In this document: piece after piece, positions 7,963-19,942 of the stretch
How the letters are laid out: each line of letters starts with the position of its first letter
How positions within the stretch are numbered: position 1 is the stretch's first letter
Source of the DNA: Anaerolineales bacterium
GTDB lineage: Bacteria; Chloroflexota; Anaerolineae; Anaerolineales; UBA6663
DNA length: 64,000 nucleotides
Reading direction: 5' to 3'
Assembly: GCA_044224715.1 (NCBI GenBank)
Contig: JBGAJV010000017.1
Location: forward strand, 14,415-78,414
Made by a program: the position numbers and the translations under genes
Notes under the pieces: generated by a model
The model's input: the letters and a program-made list of their open reading frames with translations, nothing else
Database searches by the model: none
What the model was told of the DNA's origin: nothing

Positions 7963-9882
7963 TCAGCTTGCGTCGCCGTGATACGGCACTTCCATGATCA
8001 CGATGTTGCGTAGACCGAGCAGTCCGATCCGCAGGCTGAATACCGTCTGCATATGCAGCAGGTTTTGCCAGGGTTTCTCCGGCATGAACTCGGGCACCAC
8101 GACCGTCAACATGTCGCCGGGCTGGCGCTGCAACGCCACCTCGCGGATGTACTGGATCATCGGCTCGATCAATGCGCGATACGGCGACGGGATGATGACC
8201 AGACGGACGCCGTCGCCCCACGTCTCCCACTTGGATCGCACCTTGGATTCCTCGGACTGGTCCAACGCGACGTGCACGGCCGTGACGTCGTTCGACAACG
8301 AACGAGCGTAGTTGAGCGCGTGGAGCGTGCCGCGATGCACGCCGCCGATCGGCAGCAGCACCCGGTTGCGGCGCACCCGCGTCGGCGCGCCGAACGTGTC
8401 CAATGACAGCTTCTTCGCGAGCGTGCGATAGTGGTTGTGGATCTGGAAGAAGATGAAGACCAGGGTCGGGATCAGGAGCACGATGATCCACGCCCCGTAC
8501 TGGAACTTCGTGATCGCGAAAATGATCATGACCAGGAAGGAGATGACGGCGCCGGCGCTGTTGATCGCCATCTTGATCTTCCAGTTGGGCTCGTGGTGCA
8601 AGGTCGAGCCGACGCGCGGCAGGGTCTCGCCCGCCTTGAGCTTGCGGGAGCGCCACCAGCGCACGGCCATGCCGGACTGCGATAACGTGAATGACAGGAA
8701 CACGCCGATCGCGTAGAGCGGGATGAGGGCCGTGGTCGTCGCCTGAAACACGATCACGAGCAGCGAGGCGACGGCGGCCAGTCCGATGATGCCGTACGAG
8801 AACACCAGCCGGCTGCCACGATACGTGAGTTGTTTGGGCAGGAAGCCGTCACCGGCGGCCAGCGCCGCCAACCGCGGAAAGTCGGCGTAGGCGGTGTTGG
8901 CCGCCATCACCAGGATGAGCGTCGTGCTCCCGAGGAGCGCCAGGTAAGGCAGCGAGCCGGCGCCGTAGATGACCGAGGCGATTTGCGAAAAGACCGTCTG
9001 GGTCTCGGAGGCCACGGTCCCCGTTGCGCGCGCCAGGAAGGTCATGCTGAAGAACATGACGGACAGGATGCTGGTCATCCAGATCAGCGTGATGCCGGCG
9101 TTGTGCGAACGCGGCTCTTTGAACGCCATGATGCCGTTGCTGATCGCCTCGACGCCGGTCAGCGCCGTACACCCGCTGGAGAATGCCCGGAGGATCAGGA
9201 ACGCCGTGATGCCCTGCGTGGCTTCGTGCAACGGTTCGACGCCCGAGATCGTCCCGAGCGTGCCGGTGAAGTACTGGAAAAAGCCGACGCCGATCGTGAT
9301 CAGCGTCAGCGCCAGGAAGATGTACGTCGGCACGGCGAAGGCCAGGCCCGACTCCTTAACGCCGCGCAGGTTGACGACGGTCATCAACGCGATGAAGGCC
9401 AGCGCGATTTCGACCTTGTACGGCAAGAGCGTCGGGAACGCCGACGTGATCTGCGCCACACCCGACGAGATCGACACGGCCACGGTGAGGATGTAGTCCG
9501 TCAACAGTGCGGCGCCGGCGACCTGGGCCGCGCTTTCGCCGAAATTGTCACGCGCCACGATGTAGGCGCCGCCGCCGCCGGGGTAGGCGTGGATGGTTTG
9601 CTCGTACGACACCGTCACGATCACGAGCAGGATGACGATCGCGATCGCGATCGGCAGCGAAAACGCATAGGCCGCAGCGCCGGCCGTGGCCAGCACGAGC
9701 AGGATTTCGTCGGTGGCGTAGGCCGTCGAGGACAGCGCATCGGAGGCAAAGACGGCGAGGCCGACTTTCTTGCTGATGGTCTGGTGCGGGGCCTCCGACG
9801 AAGCCAACGGCCTACCGGTCAGCCAGTGGCGCCAGCTGCGTTCCGGGCCGGCTTCCGGCCCGCGAATGATCGTAGTGCTCAT
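7963..9882 (-). CDS. APC-superfamily permease with a ~170-aa cytoplasmic C-terminal domain
   Basis: 639-aa ORF with about 12 hydrophobic segments. N-terminal motif FASDALSSTAYATDEILLVL; soluble C-terminal region from RNRVLLPIGGVHRGTLHALNYA. Confidence 0.85.
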   Translation of the reverse strand: MSTTIIRGPEAGPERSWRHWLTGRPLASSEAPHQTISKKVGLAVFASDALSSTAYATDEILLVLATAGAAAYAFSLPIAIAIVILLVIVTVSYEQTIHAYPGGGGAYIVARDNFGESAAQVAGAALLTDYILTVAVSISSGVAQITSAFPTLLPYKVEIALAFIALMTVVNLRGVKESGLAFAVPTYIFLALTLITIGVGFFQYFTGTLGTISGVEPLHEATQGITAFLILRAFSSGCTALTGVEAISNGIMAFKEPRSHNAGITLIWMTSILSVMFFSMTFLARATGTVASETQTVFSQIASVIYGAGSLPYLALLGSTTLILVMAANTAYADFPRLAALAAGDGFLPKQLTYRGSRLVFSYGIIGLAAVASLLVIVFQATTTALIPLYAIGVFLSFTLSQSGMAVRWWRSRKLKAGETLPRVGSTLHHEPNWKIKMAINSAGAVISFLVMIIFAITKFQYGAWIIVLLIPTLVFIFFQIHNHYRTLAKKLSLDTFGAPTRVRRNRVLLPIGGVHRGTLHALNYARSLSNDVTAVHVALDQSEESKVRSKWETWGDGVRLVIIPSPYRALIEPMIQYIREVALQRQPGDMLTVVVPEFMPEKPWQNLLHMQTVFSLRIGLLGLRNIVIMEVPYHGDAS

Positions 9883-9946
9883 GTGTCTCTACTCAACCCT
9901 TCCGCAAAGGAGGCTGCTCCAAAATGAGCGTAGCCGCGCCGCACAC

Positions 9947-9985
9947 ATAAAAGCCCGCACTCGGCTGAAATGCCGTCGGCGGGCT
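9947..9985 (-). terminator. Terminator/attenuator-like hairpin in the leader of the permease gene
   Basis: Minus strand has AGCCCGC-cga-CGGC-auuuca-GCCG-agu-GCGGGCU followed by UUUUAU, about 65 nt upstream of the permease ATG. No promoter is visible between it and the gene. Confidence 0.45.
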
Positions 9986-10242
9986 GGCAGCAACGCGTGG
10001 TTACGGTACACCTTGAAAGATCGGCACGTCAAGAGACCAAATAGTAGCACCAACGGGGGATTTGGTTGTGCGGTCTGTAGAGCGTCAGCCAGGCGCCTGC
10101 GTCCTCGCAAGCCCCACACCTTCCGGACGGTGGCCGTCAGCGGGCTAGCCGCAGATCGTCAGGTCGGACCTGACGCGTCCACCGCTCGGCGCGGCGCTTG
10201 AGCCTGACCCACGTTCGCCCGTCAACCATCCGAGATCGCGCC

Positions 10243-11649
10243 CTATCGTCGGGCCTGGTGCTTGGCGGCCGTGATCTCGGCCTCGCTCATCTCGGGCACC
10301 GTGGTGGTCTCGGTCAGACCGAGCGCCTGTTCCTGGGCGCGGCGCCAGCGGTCGAGCCGATCGCGCACCTGGGCTTCGTACCCCTGCTCGGTCGGGGCGT
10401 AGAAATACGTGCCGAGCAGGGCCGTGGGCAGGTACTGTTGACCGGCGTGGTGATCGGGGCGCTCATGGGGGTAGACGTAGCCCGCGCCGTGGCCGAGGCC
10501 CTTGGCGTCGCGGTTGCCGTCCTGCAGGTGTTTGGGAACCTCGCCCTTGCCCTCGCGCTCCACGGTCTGGAAGGCCTTGAAGTAGGCCGTCGTCGTGTTG
10601 CTCTTTGGCGCGGTAGCCAGGAACAACACCGCCTCGACGATCGAGAAGATGCCCTCGGGCATGCCAACGTATTCGAAGGCCTGCGCCGCCGAGTTGGCCA
10701 CGACCAGGCCCATCGGGTCGGCCAGGCCGATGTCTTCTCCGGCCAGGATCAGCAGGCGCCGGAGGATGAAGCGCGGGCTCTCGCCGGCATACAGCATCTT
10801 GGCCAGCCAGTAGAGCGCGGCGTCCGGGTCGGAGCCGCGCACGCTCTTGATGAAGGCCGAGATCGTGTCGTAGTGCGCGTCGCCGTCTTTGTCGTACAGC
10901 ACGGCCCTGCGCTGGATCGACTCCTGCGCGACCTCGAGCGACACGCGGATCACGCCATCCTCGCCGGGCGGCGTGGTCTCGACGGCGAGCTCGAGCGCGT
11001 TGAGCAGGTTGCGCGCATCGCCGCTGGCGACGTCGATCAGATGCGCGACCGCGTCGTCCTCGAGCGCCACCTTGCGCGTGCCGTAGCCGCGGATGGGGTC
11101 GGCGACGGCCTGTTCGGCGACCAGGCGGAGTTCCGCCTCGGTCAGCGGCTGGAGTTGGAAGACGCGCGAACGCGAGACCAGCGCGCCGATCACCTCGAAG
11201 TACGGGTTCTCGGTGGTCGCGCCGATCAGGGTGATGGCGCCGCTCTCGACATGCGGGAGCAGCGCGTCCTGCTGGGCTTTGTTCCAGCGATGGACCTCGT
11301 CGACGAACAGGATGGTCTTCTGCCCATGCAGCTTGCGGCGCTCACCGGCGTCTTTGATGACGGTGCGCAGTTCGGCGACGCCGGCGAGCACGGCGTTGAG
11401 CGAGGTGAAGTGGCTCTTGGTGGTGTTGGCGATGATCTGCGCCAACGTGGTCTTGCCGGTGCCGGGCGGCCCAAAGAGCAGGATCGACGAAAACAGCCGG
11501 TCGGCCTCGATCGCGCGCCGGAGCAGCCGGCCCTGGCCGACGATGGCATCCTGGCCGATGTATTCGTCCAACGTGCGCGGGCGCATGCGCGCCGCCAACG
11601 GGGCCTCGTCCTTGATCCGCTGCTGCGCGGCATGCTCGAAGAGATCCAT
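10243..11649 (-). CDS. rarA: Replication-associated recombination protein A (AAA+ ATPase)
   Basis: 468 aa with Walker A GPPGTGKTT, Walker B ILFVDEVHRWNKAQQDALLPHVE and LIGATTENPYFEV; MgsA/RarA C-terminal region. Confidence 0.95.
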   Translation of the reverse strand: MDLFEHAAQQRIKDEAPLAARMRPRTLDEYIGQDAIVGQGRLLRRAIEADRLFSSILLFGPPGTGKTTLAQIIANTTKSHFTSLNAVLAGVAELRTVIKDAGERRKLHGQKTILFVDEVHRWNKAQQDALLPHVESGAITLIGATTENPYFEVIGALVSRSRVFQLQPLTEAELRLVAEQAVADPIRGYGTRKVALEDDAVAHLIDVASGDARNLLNALELAVETTPPGEDGVIRVSLEVAQESIQRRAVLYDKDGDAHYDTISAFIKSVRGSDPDAALYWLAKMLYAGESPRFILRRLLILAGEDIGLADPMGLVVANSAAQAFEYVGMPEGIFSIVEAVLFLATAPKSNTTTAYFKAFQTVEREGKGEVPKHLQDGNRDAKGLGHGAGYVYPHERPDHHAGQQYLPTALLGTYFYAPTEQGYEAQVRDRLDRWRRAQEQALGLTETTTVPEMSEAEITAAKHQARR

Positions 11650-11667
11650 GCGGCGATTGTAGCAGTC

Positions 11668-14217
11668 TCACGCCAACGGCAACATCAACGTCACGGTCGT
11701 GCCGCGGCCGAGGCCGGCCGAATGCAGGTCAAGCGTGCCGCCCATCATCTCCGCCAGTCGACGCGAAATCGAGAGGCCCAGCCCCGTGCCGCCGTGACGG
11801 CGCTGGCTCGTGCCGTCGGCCTGCACGAAGGGCTCGAAGAGCCTGGCCTGTTTGTCGGGCGCGACGCCGATGCCCGTGTCGTGCACGATGAGCCGGGCGA
11901 CGCCGGCCGCGGTATCCGGCTCGACCCGCACGGAGACCGAGCCTTCGTGCGTGAACTTGACCGCGTTGCCGACCAGGTTGATGAGGATCTGACCGAGACG
12001 GGTGGCGTCGGCGAGCACGGCGAGCGGCGTGGACGGGATCTGCATGTCGAGCGTCAGGCGCTTGGCGTCGGCCTGGACCCACATCAACATGTACGTCTCG
12101 GCCAGCACCCCGGCGACGTCGACGGGTTGCAGCGCCAGATCGATCCGGCCGGCCTCGATCCGGGCGATGTCGAGCAGGTCGTTGACGATGTGCAACAGGT
12201 TGGTGGCGGCGTCGTGCGCGATCTGTGCGAAGTGCTTGCCCTGATCGGCCGTGTCGACTTCGTCGTTGAGCAGGAGATTGAGCGACCCCAGGATCGCGGT
12301 CAACGGCGTGCGCAGCTCATGCGAAGTATTGGCCAGGAACTCGCTCTTGATCTGATTGGCTTCCTCGGCGGCCTGGCGCGCCTCGTCGAGCCGTTCGAGC
12401 AACAAGGCGTTGGCGACCGCCAGCGCGGCCTGGTCGGCGAAGGCCGCGATCAGCCGCTGCGCCCGCGCATCGAAGCCGTCGACGATGTCGCTCTGCAGGT
12501 CGAGCACCCCGATGACGGTCTCGCCCGAGAGCAGCGGCACCGCCAACTCGGCGCGCGTGCGCGGCTCGTTGGCCACGTAGCGCGGGTCGGCCGCCACGTT
12601 GGGCGCGTAAACCGGCGCGCCGGTGCGCACGGCCTCGATCGTCAGACCCGGGCCGTCGAGCCGCAGCGGCGCCGTCGCGCGGACCGTGAACGGGCCGCGG
12701 CGCGCGAGACGGCGCAACTCGCCCGACCTGGAATCGACGATCAACACGCCGCAGTCGGCGAGCTTGAACTCGTCGGTCAGCACGTCGGCGATGATCTCGC
12801 CCGCCTCGGCCAGGCTCTCGCCAGGGCGCATCAGTCGGGTGGAGGCGCGATAGAGCGCGCTCAACTCCTGGGTCTGCTGCTCCAATCGGGCTTCGGCGCG
12901 GGCGCGCTCGGCGAGCTGCGTGCGCAGCGAACCGACGAGCCTGGCGTTGTCGAACGCCGCCGCGGCCTGGGCCGCCACCGACGTGAGCAGCTCGAGATGT
13001 TCAGCCGTGAAGGCGCCGCGCCGGGTGCCGTCCTGCACGCCGATCATGCCGATGACGCGGTCGCCCGAGAGCATCGGCACGCCCAGGAAGCTGCGCGCCA
13101 TCGGGCCGTTGGGCGGCGTCAGCCCGTTCGCGCGAACAAAGGGCTCGACGCCGTCGTTGAGCAACAACGCCTCGCGCGTCCGAATGACGTATTCGGTGAC
13201 GCCGTTGCCGAATGGGCGCGTGTGCATGGGCTGCCGTTCGCCCTGGAGAAACTGCAACGGGAACGAAACCTCAACGCGCGTCTCGTCCACGAGACCGACG
13301 TAGATGCTTCCGGCTTCGAGCACGCGCGGCAGGTTGACGGCGAGCGCTTCGAGGATCTCGGCCGGCGGCGCCAACCGCGATAGCGCCTGACCGACCTCGT
13401 TCAGCAACGCGGCTTCGTCGTGGCGGCGCCGCAGGTTGAGTTCGGCTTCCTTGCGGTGCGCGATGTCGTGACCGCTGAGCAGAAAACCGCCGACCTCGGG
13501 CATCCCGCGTAGATCGCTCAACACACACTCGTACACGCGCGCGGGCCTGTACCGTGGATGGCCCCGCAGCTCGAAGGGCGCTGTCGGCTCGCCGGGATGG
13601 CTTTGCGCCTCCTCGATCTGGCGCCGAAGGATGTCCCGATCGTCGGGGTGAATGAAGATCGTGAGCGATCGACCCGCGAGTTGGGCTGCCGAAAACCCGG
13701 TCTCGCGTTGCGTCGTCCCGGCGGCGCTCAAGATGCGGGCTTCGGCATCGATCACGCCGACGATGCCGTGCGAGTGTTGCATCAAGGCCTGAACGCGCTC
13801 CTGGCTGGCGCGCAGCTGGCCCTCGGCGTGTCGACGTCCGGTGATGTCCGCCGCGATCACCTGAAACGCCCGCCGCGGTCCGGGGATGGGCAGCACCTGG
13901 AGGTCATACCAATGCTCGGTCCCGTCCAAGATCGAGTGGTAACTCATCTCCATGCGGCTGATCCGGCCGTCGGCGGCCTGCGCCAGCACGGCGGCGCCCT
14001 GGGCTCTCAAGTCGGGGGGGATGCAGTCGAGCACGAACTGGCCGATCGGAGACCCGCCTGTCGCCAGAGGCAATGGGTGGTTTAGATACCGGATGACGTA
14101 GTTCTCGTCCAGCAAGACGACATGATCGGTCAGATTGCGCAGCAGGTCGGCCGGGTCGAGGGCCAGGCTACGGATCGCATCCCGGGCGTCGTCTGCGGGA
14201 AGAGAGGGTTCGCTCAC
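11668..14217 (-). CDS. Cytoplasmic multi-sensor histidine kinase (PAS-PAS-GAF-GAF-HisKA-HATPase_c)
   Basis: 849 aa with H-box [14 protein letters not shown]-box [10 protein letters not shown] and G-boxes HDTGIGV / GGTGLGLSI. No TM segments. Stop lies 18 nt before the rarA start. Confidence 0.92.
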   Translation of the reverse strand: MSEPSLPADDARDAIRSLALDPADLLRNLTDHVVLLDENYVIRYLNHPLPLATGGSPIGQFVLDCIPPDLRAQGAAVLAQAADGRISRMEMSYHSILDGTEHWYDLQVLPIPGPRRAFQVIAADITGRRHAEGQLRASQERVQALMQHSHGIVGVIDAEARILSAAGTTQRETGFSAAQLAGRSLTIFIHPDDRDILRRQIEEAQSHPGEPTAPFELRGHPRYRPARVYECVLSDLRGMPEVGGFLLSGHDIAHRKEAELNLRRRHDEAALLNEVGQALSRLAPPAEILEALAVNLPRVLEAGSIYVGLVDETRVEVSFPLQFLQGERQPMHTRPFGNGVTEYVIRTREALLLNDGVEPFVRANGLTPPNGPMARSFLGVPMLSGDRVIGMIGVQDGTRRGAFTAEHLELLTSVAAQAAAAFDNARLVGSLRTQLAERARAEARLEQQTQELSALYRASTRLMRPGESLAEAGEIIADVLTDEFKLADCGVLIVDSRSGELRRLARRGPFTVRATAPLRLDGPGLTIEAVRTGAPVYAPNVAADPRYVANEPRTRAELAVPLLSGETVIGVLDLQSDIVDGFDARAQRLIAAFADQAALAVANALLLERLDEARQAAEEANQIKSEFLANTSHELRTPLTAILGSLNLLLNDEVDTADQGKHFAQIAHDAATNLLHIVNDLLDIARIEAGRIDLALQPVDVAGVLAETYMLMWVQADAKRLTLDMQIPSTPLAVLADATRLGQILINLVGNAVKFTHEGSVSVRVEPDTAAGVARLIVHDTGIGVAPDKQARLFEPFVQADGTSQRRHGGTGLGLSISRRLAEMMGGTLDLHSAGLGRGTTVTLMLPLA

Positions 14218-14461
14218 TGCTGGTTTCGAGTAACCTGAACAATATCAGGCAAAAAACGATTGCGCGCACAGGTTAACGCGGATCGAGGCCCCGGGTCTGT
14301 AAACTTTCCATGAATCCCCGACAGGCCGGGGCAGCGCACCCGATGCTGATCGACGCGCGTTTCTCCGCGAGTTCTGCAAATCGGCTCTGCCAGGCGCAAT
14401 TCGCGGCAGGCCCCCAGGCCGTTCGCCGAGCCGCCGGCGCCCTGCCGGTGGGCCCGGGCCA

Positions 14462-14490
14462 TTGAGTGAACGGCCCCGGGACGGTATAAT
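14462..14490 (+). promoter_or_regulatory. Sigma70-type promoter of uvrA: TTGAGT-17 nt-TATAAT
   Basis: -35 TTGAGT at 14462-14467 and -10 TATAAT at 14485-14490 with a 17-nt spacer, 41 nt upstream of the ATG. Confidence 0.6.
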
Positions 14491-14511
14491 GACACCTTGT
14501 CCGCCGCTCTA

Positions 14512-14523
14512 GTTCATTTGTTC
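14512..14523. promoter_or_regulatory. Putative LexA (Cheo-like) box in the uvrA leader: GTTCATTTGTTC
   Basis: The 24-nt context tctagttcatttgttcggtgcagc matches 19/24 with tttagatcatgtgttcggtgaagt in the lexA promoter. Confidence 0.55.
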
Positions 14524-14531
14524 GGTGCAGC

Positions 14532-17441
<2,910 letters not shown>

Positions 17442-17463
17442 CCGCGCGGCGAGTGAAGCAAAA

Positions 17464-17532
17464 CGCGAAGACGCAAAGACGCAAAGACGCAAAGACGCAA
17501 AGTGTAAGCTTTGCGGTCTTTGCGTCTTCGCG
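17464..17532. repeat. Long hairpin after uvrA containing a 4x tandem octamer GACGCAAA (17470-17501)
   Basis: 17-bp perfect outer stem (17464-17480 / 17516-17532) and 7-bp inner stem CGCAAAG/CTTTGCG. The 5' arm has 4 octamer units and the 3' arm has about 2 complementary units. No U-tract follows. Confidence 0.85.
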
Positions 17533-17550
17533 GTTAAGTGGGCTGACCGG

Positions 17551-18084
17551 TCACGTCGGGCGGGCGGGCTCGCGGCGGGTCAGTACCCAAACCCCAAGGC
17601 CCGCGGCCCCGGCCGCCAACGCGGTATAGAGCCAGGCGCCCCAGGCTTCCCACGGCGGTAACTCGTAGGTGCGGATGCCCGTGGCGACGACGACCGCAAG
17701 GGCAAGGCCCCAGGCGATCGTCTGGGCCAACTGCCAGCGTCGTCGATCCCGAACCGGCCGCGCCAGGCCGAACAACGGCGCGCCGAACACGAGCACGGCC
17801 AGGCCGAGAAATAGCAAGGCGGTCGACACGTCGGGGCGGCTCGTCGCTTCCGTGGCGGCGCCCTGCGCCAGGCCGTTCAGCACGCCGAAGGCCATCGCGG
17901 CGATCGCCAGACCCGAAAGCGGAACCCCACAAAAATCGCCTTCCAGGCGGATGTTGGGTGAACCACAAGGATACGCCGCGGGCACGTTGATCTTGTCGAA
18001 GACCCATGGGCCGAGCAGCGCCGCGCCGAAGACCAGCACCGCGCCGATGCGCCAGACGCGTTGTCGTTCGTGGAACCGGGCCAT
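17551..18084 (-). CDS. Hypothetical integral membrane protein
   Basis: Start trimmed to MARFHERQRVWRIGAVLVFGAALLGPW. Four to five hydrophobic segments; no recognisable family. Confidence 0.5.
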   Translation of the reverse strand: MARFHERQRVWRIGAVLVFGAALLGPWVFDKINVPAAYPCGSPNIRLEGDFCGVPLSGLAIAAMAFGVLNGLAQGAATEATSRPDVSTALLFLGLAVLVFGAPLFGLARPVRDRRRWQLAQTIAWGLALAVVVATGIRTYELPPWEAWGAWLYTALAAGAAGLGVWVLTRREPARPT

Positions 18085-18264
18085 GGGCCTCTCGTGGGCA
18101 CGCCGTGCCGCCGAGGATCGGGATTGGGTGAAGGCATCGTAGCATCGCCCGCGCCGATCGGTCAGTAGGACGATCGCCCTGGAAGCCCGGGCGCGAAGGC
18201 GGCCGCGGGTGCTGCGCGATACGACCCGCGCGCCCAGTATCGCGATCCGGCCTACAATCGCGGC

Positions 18265-18816
18265 ATGAGCCGACACGCCGTCTCGCTGCGCCCGCTCCGA
18301 CGGATCGACGTCCCGCTGATCTGGACCATCGACCGGGCGGAGGTGGTCGACGGCCTGTACTCGCTGGTGGACGGGGCTTTGGCTCTGAATCCGGAACACT
18401 TCGAGGCGCACGGCTGGCCGCCCGGCGAGGCGGAGGTGTACACGCCGATCCTGCTCGACTGTTTCGATCACGGCGGCTGGTTTTGCGGCGCCTTCGATGG
18501 GGAGAGCCTGGTGGGCGTCGCCGTGCTCGAGGGCCGCTTCATCGGCCCGGAGCGCGACATGCTCCAGCTCAAGTTCCTGCACGTCAGCCGATCCGCGCGC
18601 GGGAAAGGACTGGGTGTCAGACTGTTCGAGGCGGCGCGGGCCGCGGCGTTGGAGCGCGGCGCGTTGCGGTTGTACGTCTCGGCGACGCCGTCGCGCCACA
18701 CAATCGACTTCTATCTCAACCGCGGCTGCCGCGTGACGGCCAAGCCGGATCCCGATCTGTTCGCGTTGGAGCCGGAGGACATTCACCTGGAGTGCCCGAC
18801 GGAGACGCGTGGTTGA
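18265..18816 (+). CDS. GNAT-family N-acetyltransferase
   Basis: 183 aa with the acetyl-CoA motif VSRSARGKGLGVRLFEAA. Confidence 0.85.
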   Translation: MSRHAVSLRPLRRIDVPLIWTIDRAEVVDGLYSLVDGALALNPEHFEAHGWPPGEAEVYTPILLDCFDHGGWFCGAFDGESLVGVAVLEGRFIGPERDMLQLKFLHVSRSARGKGLGVRLFEAARAAALERGALRLYVSATPSRHTIDFYLNRGCRVTAKPDPDLFALEPEDIHLECPTETRG

Positions 18817-18959
18817 TGTGGCAAGATCGCTCCGGTCGTGCGTGACGTCGGCGCGATCACACCGATCAATCGGGGGCGAGTGCGTTGTTGCTGCACACGT
18901 TGCGCACAATGGCGCTACGATCTAGTGAACAGGTAAGGCCAATCGCCCGGAGGATCAGC

Positions 18960-19283
18960 ATGGAGAACGCTGCCCGCCACACCATGATCCTGGAACGCAC
19001 GCACGACACGGGCGCCGAGGAATGGGTCTGCCCAACCTGCGGCCGGCGCTTCGTCGCGCAGTGGACGCCGACGATCAGACGCCTGATCTTGAATGCCGGC
19101 GACGAGACGGTGAGTCACAGCGGCGGCGGGCTCGACCTCACCACCGCTGTCGACCGATCGCCACGCCCGGCCGAACGCGCCGAAGAAGAGCCCCACGATG
19201 GAGTCGAACTCGACAGCCTGTGGGGGGATTGGCTGCAATCGCTGGATTTCGGCGAGGACGATCCCGACACACGTGAAGACTGA
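18960..19283 (+). CDS. Hypothetical small protein with a CxxC motif and an acidic C-terminus
   Basis: ATG 18960 is preceded by GGAGGA (18949-18954). Sequence MENAARHTMILERTHDTGAEEWVCPTCGRRF... No family recognised. Confidence 0.45.
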   Translation: MENAARHTMILERTHDTGAEEWVCPTCGRRFVAQWTPTIRRLILNAGDETVSHSGGGLDLTTAVDRSPRPAERAEEEPHDGVELDSLWGDWLQSLDFGEDDPDTRED

Positions 19284-19414
19284 TCGCGCGTCGGCCACTT
19301 CGACGCGCGTCGATCCGGTCGACACAGTCGGCCGGATCGACGTTGTTGGGTTGTGCGCGAGGGCGGGCGTCGTGCGGCTGTGCGACGCTCGTCGACGTTC
19401 CTGCGATCAAGCGC

Positions 19415-19843
19415 TCAGGGCGCGGTGTAGAACTCGACGAACGGGCCTTCCTCGAAGCCGGCCATGCGCGTCGGGATGCCGAGGTTGCGGTGCAGGATCG
19501 CGACCACGAGCTTGTACACGCCGTCGGTCGGGACGACACCGCCCAGGATGTTCAACGTGGCCGTGTAGTTCCGGTTGAAAGCCGGCGGCGTCGATGCGAC
19601 CGGGATGGTCGTCGTCGCGATCTGGCCCTCGAAGCCGCCGCCCATCGACTCGAGCAGTACCTTCACCTCCCAATCGCCGCCGAGCGCCGGGGCGATGCCG
19701 CCCGTGATCGACCAATCGAGTTTGACGCTCCAGGCCTCGCTGCGCCGGATGACGGTGTTGGGGTTGGGGCCGCTGTCGAAGACCTGCAGCGCGTTCAGCG
19801 AGCCGGTGAGCGACAGAGGGTTGAGAGACTGAAAAGCAGACAT
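19415..19843 (-). CDS. Hypothetical 142-aa protein (beta-rich, no signal peptide, no family recognised)
   Basis: Clean ORF MSAFQSLNPLSLTGSLNALQVFDSG...GPFVEFYTAP with GAAAGG upstream. Composition is coding-like, unlike the overlapping Arg-rich frames. Confidence 0.6.
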   Translation of the reverse strand: MSAFQSLNPLSLTGSLNALQVFDSGPNPNTVIRRSEAWSVKLDWSITGGIAPALGGDWEVKVLLESMGGGFEGQIATTTIPVASTPPAFNRNYTATLNILGGVVPTDGVYKLVVAILHRNLGIPTRMAGFEEGPFVEFYTAP

Positions 19844-19942
19844 GGTCGGATAGCCTTTCTGAACGAAGGATGGTGGGTGGATCGCCGTCGTTCCCGGGGC
19901 ACGATCGGCACGGGGGTGCGTTGGGCCACTTCACCTCCCGCT

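Noticed and set aside
9883-10242. c-di-AMP (ydaO-type) or lysine riboswitch upstream of the APC permease
   Set aside because: I could not find the conserved ACGGGGA/CCCA/GAAUC-type elements or the pseudo-twofold architecture. Only the terminator-like hairpin is supported.
10198-13383. 1061-aa plus-strand ORF, the longest in this region
   Set aside because: It lies antisense to rarA and the PAS/GAF kinase, both of which have unambiguous motifs. Its translation is Arg/Gly/Asp/Leu-rich low complexity with no motif, a typical high-GC shadow frame.
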